Assembly: GCA_039794845.1 (NCBI GenBank)
Contig: JAUQVK010000103.1
Location: forward strand, 1 to 64,000
Length of the DNA: 64,000 nt
Source: Thermostichus sp. DRC_bins_24
Lineage (GTDB): Bacteria > Cyanobacteriota > Cyanobacteriia > Thermostichales > Thermostichaceae
Direction of reading: 5' to 3'
Shown: in pieces, positions 52,100 to 60,820 of the stretch
Layout of the letters: each line of letters begins with the position of its first letter
Position numbering within the stretch: the stretch's first letter is position 1
Program-made: the position numbers and the translations under genes
Notes under the pieces: model-generated
Database searches by the model: none
What the model was told of the DNA's origin: nothing
Seen by the model: only the letters and a program-made list of their open reading frames with translations

Positions 52100-52322
52100 G
52101 AGAAACCTTTTGCCAATCTGTCAACAGAAGATTTTCAGTTTATCCAATTCCACTTATCCAATTCCACCGGCCTCTGGGGTGAAGGGATCCCGCCCCTTGA
52201 GATTGGGTCAAGAATGGCAACCCCAATGCCCCTTGTGAAGACAAGCTGCGGTAGGTTGAGAAGACTTGTGCAACCGTTGCCGGAGGGCATTGAGCATGGT
52301 CGGGATCCCAATCCCAACTTTC

Positions 52323-52718
52323 ATGACGGATTCAGGGCTTCTCCTCAGTTGGTCACGGGCTTATTGCGGCTGGGTGTGCGGAGCGTTGGTGCCTGCTTGT
52401 TTGCTGATTACCTTGCAGGTTTTGCTGTTGACGGCATTTGGGTATCCCCGACGCTGGATCCCGGCCTTGGCTTGTTGGTTCTGGGTTGGCCTGCTGGAGG
52501 CCCATGTGCTGAGCTGGTTTTGGGTGGGGGTGGTGCGGATCCCGACTTTTGTGTTGATTGGGCTGGGGGTGCTCTGTCTGGTGTTAACCGGTTGGGCAAT
52601 GGTTTTCCCCACACCATTGCAGCGTCTGGGCCGGTGGACAAAGAAGTGGCTGAGGGGCAGGCCTAGCCCTCTAGTGGGCAGGTCGGAAAATGCCGAAACA
52701 GGAGGTATAGCCATGTAA
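52323..52718 (+). CDS. Hypothetical membrane protein
   Basis: Three hydrophobic segments filling the pepA-FIST gap; overlaps the FIST 3' end. Confidence 0.5.
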   Translation: MTDSGLLLSWSRAYCGWVCGALVPACLLITLQVLLLTAFGYPRRWIPALACWFWVGLLEAHVLSWFWVGVVRIPTFVLIGLGVLCLVLTGWAMVFPTPLQRLGRWTKKWLRGRPSPLVGRSENAETGGIAM

Positions 52719-54011
52719 AAAGGTGGATCCCCCAACGGGGCCGATCTCGCCATTGCAAAAGAAGCCCCCCAAAGGCAGTTCCCCGAGCAATTCCCGAAAC
52801 TGCTGTGAATCAAAGTTAGGGGTGCCGTACAACCCTTGTCCGCGCCCCAAACAGGAGAACATCAACGCTCCACAGGGATCCGGCCTTGCTGCCGGCGGTT
52901 GCTCTTGAGAACGACTTTGACCCAAGTTGTGCTCAGCACCATACCGGCTCAGAGCCCAGCGCAAATCCTCCGCCGAAGTTTGGGCATCCCGCAGATGAAA
53001 TTGCACCGTCTGGCCGGGGCGCACCCGATCCCCGATGGCCATCGCCCCCACCCGCGGGTCAATTCCCAAAATCACCCGAATCAAAAAATCGCCCGGCGTT
53101 GGCTCCGACTTGAACTCGTTCATGAGCAGGCCAATGAAGAGAGAGTGGCGGGCCAGTTGTTGATCGGCGGGGCTGAGTCGTTCTGCCAACTCCTGCAGAA
53201 GGGGTAAAGGGGCACGACCCTCGAGGCCGAGAATCACATTTCCCTCTGCTTCTGTCACCCGCAGAGGAATCCCGATCGGACGGCAGCCCTGAGCCACCAC
53301 CGCCTCCAGCATCACGTTGCCGTAGAGGGCTAACCCCACCGTGCCTTCTCGATGCATTTCCCGCCGAGGAGTGGGGGTACGTGCATCCAACAAAAACAGG
53401 GCATTGCTGTTGGGGCCACGGCCCCCACTGGCCAATCCCCCCACCTTGACGGCACCAGGATAGGCAAAGTCCAACCCCTGCAACAGCTCAGAAACTCCCG
53501 AGGAAAAGCCATCCGCCAAAATCAGGAAATGGGGCTTGGTCTGGGGCGAAACCCCAATGAGGTCGATCCAAGCAGCAGGAGCCGCATCCAGATCCGGCAG
53601 CTGATGGCTCCGCACATGGAAAGGATGCACCACCACGTCCGGCATCACGGCCAAAGACAACGATAGAGCCGGGCCATCTTCAATTTCATGCCCCCCACCG
53701 ACAATGCCCCCGCCGGAGCAGCCGATCAACACCTCCACCTCCAGCAGATCCGACAGCAGTGGCAACACCCGGATGTATTCGCTGGCAAAAGCCCCCGAAA
53801 CAAATAGGATTCCCAGCGTGGGTCGAGGGGGTTGAGGGGAGACATACCCTGTTAGCACCCCCGGCAAGCTGCCGGATCCCACCGTTTGGACCTGCCGAGT
53901 CAGGGCACTTTTCAGCTGGGCCGCCTGAAGCTTTACCTTAGCCTCCTCCACCACTTGCCGCAGAGCCGCTTCTAGGGAAGGAAGCTGAGAGAGCGCATTC
54001 ACCCACTGCAT
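52671..54011 (-). CDS. FIST-domain (FIST_N + FIST_C) protein
   Basis: IGCSGGG, GGLASG, QGCRPIG, QFHLRD, FSCLGRG, GFFCNGEIGP and LHGYT. Confidence 0.92.
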   Translation of the reverse strand: MQWVNALSQLPSLEAALRQVVEEAKVKLQAAQLKSALTRQVQTVGSGSLPGVLTGYVSPQPPRPTLGILFVSGAFASEYIRVLPLLSDLLEVEVLIGCSGGGIVGGGHEIEDGPALSLSLAVMPDVVVHPFHVRSHQLPDLDAAPAAWIDLIGVSPQTKPHFLILADGFSSGVSELLQGLDFAYPGAVKVGGLASGGRGPNSNALFLLDARTPTPRREMHREGTVGLALYGNVMLEAVVAQGCRPIGIPLRVTEAEGNVILGLEGRAPLPLLQELAERLSPADQQLARHSLFIGLLMNEFKSEPTPGDFLIRVILGIDPRVGAMAIGDRVRPGQTVQFHLRDAQTSAEDLRWALSRYGAEHNLGQSRSQEQPPAARPDPCGALMFSCLGRGQGLYGTPNFDSQQFRELLGELPLGGFFCNGEIGPVGGSTFLHGYTSCFGIFRPAH

Positions 54012-54087
54012 CGGCGTGTTCCTAGGGTATGAAGCTTGCTGTCTTTAGGCTAACAAGTTATAGCTGTTATGGCTGGACCGGCTCAGT

Positions 54088-55839
54088 TTAGGGGAGAAAG
54101 GGCCGTGGATCCACAGGCGCGCCTCCACCGGGACGTACTTCAAAGTGTAGGTGAGGACCGGTACTCCAACCGGTGCTACCGCGGCTCATAATCGTCTGTC
54201 CCTGTTGCACATACTGACCTTTGGAGACATAGATCTGGTGGCCGTGGGCGTAGCGAGTAACCAACCCATTGGGATGGCGAATATCGACGCGGTTGCCATA
54301 GCCATCGCCACCGTTGCCGGCAAAAATTACCGTTCCTTCCATCACCGCCAAAATCGGGGATCCCACGGGGCCGGGAATATCCACCCCAGCATGCAGACGA
54401 CCGCGACGATAGCCGAAACCAGAGGTAATTTGCCCAGATACCGGCCAGATAAAGCCACTGCTACTGCGCCCCTGGGGAGGAGCCTGGGAGGGAGCCGCCG
54501 GCACAGGTTGGGGCTGCGCGGGAGCTGGGGGGGCTGCGGCTGCGGAGGGCTGGGTACCCGGCGCAGGGATGGTAAGGCGTTGGCCAATCCGCAACCAATG
54601 GGGATTCCGCAGGTTATTGGCCCGGATAATCGACCGCTGAGTGACCCCGTAGCGGGCGGCAATCCGTTCTATCGTGTCGCCGGAGCTGACGGTGTGGGTC
54701 AGGGATCCGCCGGCCAGGAGGGCTGCTTGGGCCTGGCGTTCCTGTTCCGCCTGTTGCCGGGCCTGCTCTGCCTGCCGTTGACGTTCGGCTTCCCGTCGAG
54801 CCTCCTCCTCCGCACGGCGTCGGGCTTCTTCTTCCTGGCGGCGGCGTTCTTCCTCTTCGCGGGCTTTCTGGGCGGCGATCATCTCCTTCTCCCGCTGGAT
54901 CAACTCCCTCACATCGCCGGGAATGAGCAAGTGCTGGCCAATGCGCAAGTATTCGGGCCGATTCAGAGGCGTGGCCTCGATGATCCGCTGCTGCGAGACT
55001 TGGTAGCGGTTGGCAATCTCCTCGAGGGTGTCCCCCTGTCTGACGGTGTAGACCAAGCCCGGCTGACTGGGAATGCGCAGAACTTGCCCTGGCTTCAGTT
55101 CCGTACTGGCTTGGATACCGTTGGAGACGGTGATGGCGGCAGCGTCAAGTTGATACATTTGGGTCAGCTGCCAGAGGGTCTCTCCGGGCCGAATTTCGTG
55201 CTCCAAGATGCCCTTTGGCCCTTCGCCCGTCGGTATCTGCCCTTCTTGAAAGGCCTGCCGCATCTGAACCTTCTTCAGATCGTAGTTCTGCTGCAAAGCA
55301 CCAGAGAGCGTATGCACCGAAGGTGGGATCCGTTCCACCGCAGGAGGCAGAGGAGCCAAGGGCTGGCGATTCGGCTGTCGTTCCTGCAGGGTAGCGGCTC
55401 CGGCCAAACCCAACATCAGCAAAATGCCGGTGGCCCAAACCGGATAGCCCCGACGAGGGGAGGAAGAGGGATCCGGATTCTCCGGCTCGACGGTCTCTGG
55501 GCTAGCGGGAATGGCCCGCTGCGGATCCCGTGCCCCCACTTCCAAGGCTTCTGAGTAGGGATCCGACTCCAACTTCAACAGCCACACCAGACTCGCTAGG
55601 CCAAGGGAGAGGGCCAAGCCTGCCCACCTTGGGCTGGACTGGGCAACAGGTACGACCGAGGTCCACTTCAAAAGGGATCCCTCAGGTACAGACGGATCTT
55701 GAGAGGCTGAGGCCACCCCAGAGGGGATCCCTGTCGAACCGTCAGGATCTGGGGGGGAGAGGGTACTCACGGCAGCACCACGAAATTCTAGATCCCCATT
55801 GCGGGGATTTGAGAGGGTGGGTCTCAAGGGCATCCTCAC
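54088..55839 (-). CDS. Membrane-anchored LysM-repeat M23 peptidase (NlpD-like)
   Basis: Three LysM repeats, a charged coiled coil, HAGVD, YAH and STGPHLHFE. Start uncertain. Confidence 0.92.
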   Translation of the reverse strand: MRMPLRPTLSNPRNGDLEFRGAAVSTLSPPDPDGSTGIPSGVASASQDPSVPEGSLLKWTSVVPVAQSSPRWAGLALSLGLASLVWLLKLESDPYSEALEVGARDPQRAIPASPETVEPENPDPSSSPRRGYPVWATGILLMLGLAGAATLQERQPNRQPLAPLPPAVERIPPSVHTLSGALQQNYDLKKVQMRQAFQEGQIPTGEGPKGILEHEIRPGETLWQLTQMYQLDAAAITVSNGIQASTELKPGQVLRIPSQPGLVYTVRQGDTLEEIANRYQVSQQRIIEATPLNRPEYLRIGQHLLIPGDVRELIQREKEMIAAQKAREEEERRRQEEEARRRAEEEARREAERQRQAEQARQQAEQERQAQAALLAGGSLTHTVSSGDTIERIAARYGVTQRSIIRANNLRNPHWLRIGQRLTIPAPGTQPSAAAAPPAPAQPQPVPAAPSQAPPQGRSSSGFIWPVSGQITSGFGYRRGRLHAGVDIPGPVGSPILAVMEGTVIFAGNGGDGYGNRVDIRHPNGLVTRYAHGHQIYVSKGQYVQQGQTIMSRGSTGWSTGPHLHFEVRPGGGAPVDPRPFLP

Positions 55840-56170
55840 ACGAACAGACTGACACTAGAGCGCAAGAGAAGAGATGAAAATAAAGAGCACAGGCCCCTCA
55901 GGACTGAACACCACTAGGGCGCTAGAACCAGAGTGGAGTTCGATAATGAACGGGTCAATTCGCACTCAGGTTAGAGTACCGTAGTTAACAAATCTAGACA
56001 AGTCTCTGCAGATGATTTTCGCCATAATGCTTACCTTGCAATGATCCCAGCCGTTGACTCGGTGAGATTTTCTGGCGCCTGATTCCGATCTGGGACAGGA
56101 CTGGCCACTGTATTCTTCTGGAACACAGAGCCTATTTTGCTGTAGCTGAAACTACAAACTAGGAATCTCG

Positions 56171-57869
56171 ATGAATTTGGTTGTCTACAACACATTAACC
56201 CGCCGCAAGGAAGTGTTTCAGCCTCTCTCAACTGGCGGATTTCAGAGCATTTCGGATTCACAGGGTGGGCCAGATCCCGGCCTGTGGCACACCTCAGCTT
56301 CCGCCGATGCTGAGAAACCTCTGGTGCGTATGTATGTGTGCGGAGTTACCGTCTATGACCTTTGCCATCTCGGCCATGCTCGTACTTATGTGGTCTGGGA
56401 TGTGGTGCGTCGTTACCTCGAGTGGCGTGGGTATCGGGTGCAGTACGTGCAGAACTTTACGGATGTGGATGACAAGATCCTCAAACGGGCATTAGAGCGA
56501 GGAGAATCCATGCAGGCGGTGGCGGAACGCTTTATCGAAGAGTACTTTCAGGACATGGATCGCCTTAACATTCAACGGGCCAATCTCTACCCAAGAGCCA
56601 CACAATATCTTCAGGCAATGTATGAACTGATCCGATCTTTAGAGCTCAAAGGCTTTGCCTACCAAGTTCGGGATTCAGGCACAAGAGATACCCCACAAGA
56701 CTTTTCCCTCGCAGCCGATCTGTCAACAGCCCAGGTAACTGAGAAGCCAGCCTACGACGTATACTATGCCGTCCGTAAATTCCCGGATTATGGCCAACTT
56801 TCGGGACGGAAGCTGCAGGATATGGAGGCTGGGGCCAGCGGTCGGGTGGGAGAAGAAGGGGCTGACAAACGGGATCCCTTCGACTTTGCCCTTTGGAAAG
56901 CGGCTCCCGCCACAGAACCGGGGTTTGAGTCCCCTTGGGGTTGGGGGCGACCGGGCTGGCACATCGAATGTTCCGCGATGGTACGAGAGACCCTTGGGGA
57001 TCACATCGACATTCACGCCGGCGGAGCCGACCTGATCTTTCCCCACCACGAGAATGAACTCGCCCAATCGGAACCGATCACCGGCAAACCCATGGCCAAA
57101 TACTGGCTCCACAATGGCTTCCTGAATATCGACGGTGAGAAAATGTCCAAATCCTTGGGCAACTTCACCACCCTCAGACAAGCCCTCGCCATCTATCACC
57201 CGATGGCTCTGCGCCTCTTTCTGTTGCAGACCCATTACCGCAGCCCCATTGATCTCACCGACGAAGCGATGCAGGCCGCCGGCCGGGGTTGGGAAACCCT
57301 CCAGAAAGGGATCCACTGCGCACGGCAGTTCCTCACCCCTTGCAATCTGACCAATGACTCTGTCCCTTCCACCCCCCATCTGACAGAGCATTCGGCGGGG
57401 TTGAGCGCACAATTGGGATCCCCGGAAGCCCGCCAAGCATTTCAAGCGGCCATGGACGATGACTTCGGCACCCCTGGAGCCCTGGCGGTAGCCTTTGAAC
57501 TGGCCAAAGAATTGATCCGCGAACACAACCTTCTCACCCACCAAGGCAAGACCCACCTAGAAGCGGCCCCCTTGAGTCAAAAAAGTGCTGCTCTGTTGGA
57601 GATTTTGGAAACCTTGGGATTCCGTATAGATGTGGCCAAAGAGACCAATGTTACCGGAGATTGGGGGGCCGAAAATGCAGAAAAGGGGGAAATCGAGATC
57701 GAGGAGAGAAAAGGGGGAAATCGAGATCGAGGAGCTGATCGCTCAGCGCTTGGCAGCTCGCAAGGCGAAAAACTTTTCAGAAGCAGATCGAATTCGGGAG
57801 CAGCTGAAACAACAGGGGATCACCTTAATCGACCAAAAAGATGGCACCACCCGCTGGATCCGCGAATAG
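56171..57869 (+). CDS. cysS: Cysteine--tRNA ligase; apparent frameshift near the 3' end from a 28-bp tandem duplication
   Basis: [19 protein letters not shown] and KMSKS. The conserved tail [25 protein letters not shown]...GITLID...GTTRW is in another frame, ending at 57869. Confidence 0.93.
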
Positions 57870-58021
57870 GACACTGACGCTCTCCCTCCGGGTACGGGGT
57901 GAGAGACCTTGCTTCGGCAGCTCACATTGCACCAGAGACCCCTGAGTGAGAAGAACAGCTGCACAAGGGATCCCCCCAATCCGGTAGGATCAAAGACGTT
58001 AAGCTTCCAGGAGAACCTGCC

Positions 58022-58429
58022 GTGACGCTGACGGTTCGTGTGATCACCCCCGACCACACCGTTTGGGATGCCCCCAGCGAGGAAGTAATCCTTCCGGCCA
58101 CCTCTGGTCAATTGGGCATACTCACCGGGCACGCCCCCCTTTTAACCGCCATCGGCAACGGAGTTATGCGGGTCAAGGCGGGTGGAAAATGGTCGGCCAT
58201 TGCCGTCATGGGCGGCTTTGCGGAAGTGGAGAATAACGAAGTGACCATCCTGGTGAACCGGGCCGAGATGGGAGAGAAGGTGGATAAAGCAGCAGCTCAG
58301 GCACTTCTGAGTGAAGCCAGCAAAGTTTTGAACACCAGCAGCGACAAGCAAGAGCGGTTGCAAGCCAAGTTGGATCAACAACGGGCCACCGCCCTACTCC
58401 AAGCCGCCGAAATGGGCACCAAGAAGTAA
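58022..58429 (+). CDS. atpC: F1F0 ATP synthase epsilon subunit
   Basis: [21 protein letters not shown] and [18 protein letters not shown]. Confidence 0.96.
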   Translation: MTLTVRVITPDHTVWDAPSEEVILPATSGQLGILTGHAPLLTAIGNGVMRVKAGGKWSAIAVMGGFAEVENNEVTILVNRAEMGEKVDKAAAQALLSEASKVLNTSSDKQERLQAKLDQQRATALLQAAEMGTKK

Positions 58430-58479
58430 ACTACCCAACGCAATGCCCAACGGCAGGCTAACGCCGACATGCTACGCAT
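58428..58479 (+). repeat. ~50-bp dispersed repeat (family 2) at the atpC stop
   Basis: AAACTACCCAACGCAATGCCCAACGGCAGGCTAACGCCGACATGCTACGCAT, similar to the 5041 and 12597 copies. Confidence 0.55.
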
Positions 58480-58559
58480 AGAGCGCGGGGCTCCTGCGAG
58501 TCAGACTGAGGATTGGATGATACGACTTGGCTGGGGGATCGATCGGGAAAATCACCAAA

Positions 58560-58767
58560 TGCAGCCCTTACGCGGGTCTTCCAGGACAGGGCTTGTGCTT
58601 CCTGCTCCCGCTTTCGCGGGGCCCGGAGGGCTAGCCCTCCAGAGGTTAGAACTCAACTTCCATAGTTGTTACACATGACTAGCGGTGCCCTATGGTGGGC
58701 GAACGCGCCAGCGTGCCCTAGGCGTAAAGGGCTGGACTGTGCTAGCTAATGAGCGAAAGGGCTGTAA
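58560..58767 (+). mobile_element. MITE-like element, copy D, with two right ends
   Basis: TGCAGCCCTTACGCGGGTCTTCC...TAAAGGGCTGGA (to 58736), then a second end GCGAAAGGGCTGTAA (58753-58767) identical to the end of copy A. Confidence 0.75.
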
Positions 58768-60594
58768 GCGCTCAGGCCATACAGCACCACACCGTAGGCA
58801 GGCACAGCGACGGGATCCCCTTGGGTTTGTAAGGGCAACTGAGAACCAGCCCCCAGCCAATCTGGGTCGTGGCTATCCAAAACTTTTTGCCAGGTGCCAA
58901 CGGGCCACCCAGAATAGGTTGCCGCATGGTCTGGGCTGAAGTTGAAGAGGGCAAGGAGGGTATCGGATCCCCAGCTCCGTTGCAGAGCGAGGCCGCCGTC
59001 TGCAAAAAGATGAACCTGTACCGACTCTCGCTGAAAGCTTTGTAGGGCGGGGGATGTTTTGCGCAGCTGAATCAGGGTTTGATACCACCGCCAAAGGGTG
59101 TGATGGTGGCCGGAGGTTTTCAGATCCCAATTGAGTTTGGAGCGGTGAAAGGTCTCTTCTGACTGTGGATCGGGTACTTCTCCCTTCCAGGCGAAGGCGC
59201 TGAACTCCCGTCTGCGTCCCTGCCGCACCGCTTCCACCAAGTCGGGATCCCCGTGGCTGACAAAATATTGAAAGGGAGCAGTTTCCCCGTATTCTTCCCC
59301 CATGTAGAGCATCGGTAGCATCGGGGCCAACAGCAGGGCTGCCGCCGCCAGTTTTAACCCCTCAAAAGAGGTGAGCTGACTGAGGCGCTCCCCTAACATG
59401 CGATTGCCGATCTGGTCATGATTTTGGATGCAGATCACAAACTGGGATCCCGGTCGCTGGGCGGCAGAATTGCCATAGCGTCTGGCTCGGTGGGGCGAAT
59501 ATTGGCCGGAAAAAACATAACTTTCTCGGTAGGATTTGGCCAACTGCTCCAACTGGCCGAAGTCTTCGTAGTAGCCCTCTTTCTCGCCGGTGAGCAAGGT
59601 GTGAACACAGTGATGAAAGTCATCGCACCACTGGGCGTCGATGCCGTAGCCCCCCTGCTCCCGCGGGGAGATGATCTTGACGTCGTTGAGGTCGGTTTCG
59701 GCGATCAATTGTCGCTGCCAGCCGGTGCGTTGCCCCAGTGCCTCCACCCGTTCCGACAGTTCCCGCAAAAAAGGGCGAGCGCTGAAATCGTAAATGGCGT
59801 GAATGGCGTCCAGACGCAGCCCATCTAGATGAAATTCTTCCAGCCAGTACTCGGCATTTTGTAAGAAAAACTCGCGTACCCCATCGCAGTAGCGATCGTC
59901 GAAGTTGAGGGCGGCTCCCCAAGGGGTATGGTATTTGTCGGTGAAGTAGGGGCCAAACTCGCGCAGGTAGTTTCCCTCCGGCCCCATGTGGTTGTAAACC
60001 ACATCCAGGATCACCGCCATTCCCACCTGATGACAGGCATCCACCAACTGTTTCAGGCCCTGCGCCCCCCCATAAGCCGTTTGCACCGCGTAGGGATACA
60101 CGCCGTCGTAACCCCAGTTGCGTCCCCCGGGGCATTGGGCCACCGGCATCAGCTCCAGCACGTTCACCCCCAGGTCCAGCAGCTCCGGCAGGCGGGGAAT
60201 AATGGCGGCAAAGGTGCCTTCCGGGGTAAAGGTGCCCGGTGCCCACATGCAACTCGTAGAGGATCCACTGGGGCAACGGGATCCCTTGCCAAGCCCCATC
60301 CCGCCAGTCAAAGCCAGGATCCAAAACGCGGGAGGGGCCGTGCACCCCGTAGGGTTGCCAGCGGGAGGCCGGATCCGGTCGTTCCACCTGACCTTGTGGG
60401 CCGTGCAGACGGTACAGATACTCCACAGGCCCCGCCGGGATCCCGTCCAGCTCCGTGTGCCAGTAGCCCTCCTCATCCTGTTGCAGGGGTAGGGTTCGTT
60501 CAACAGGGCTGAGCAGCTTCAGCTCCACTTGTTGCAATAGGGGCCCCCACACCGAGAAACGGTAGCGGCCAGAGCCCAGCGGATAGGCACCCAT
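58746..60594 (-). pseudogene. treZ: Malto-oligosyltrehalose trehalohydrolase, split by a 7-bp tandem duplication
   Basis: YELHVGT|FTPEGTF junction broken by GGTGCCC x2 (60231-60244); NWGYDG, DVVYNH, GLRLDAIH and QNHDQIGNR. Confidence 0.88.
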
Positions 60595-60820
60595 CCGTCC
60601 AGCGGATGCACGTTGCGGAGAACCGGCGGTGGAGGAAGAAACGTCTAGCACGAAACCAGGCCAGGAAACACGGTTTCTACTATAACGGACGGCTTCTACT
60701 ACAACGGGGCCGAGTATGGCGAGGCCGGGGGTTAAGCCCAGGGATCCCCACCGGACAAGGTCAAACCCAGGCTGCCCTTTGCCTTTGCCATAGTGGAAAT
60801 GGCCTTCATCTTGTGCTTCT

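Noticed and set aside
54151..55554. 467-aa antisense ORF
   Set aside because: Shadow of the LysM/M23 gene; no independent motif.
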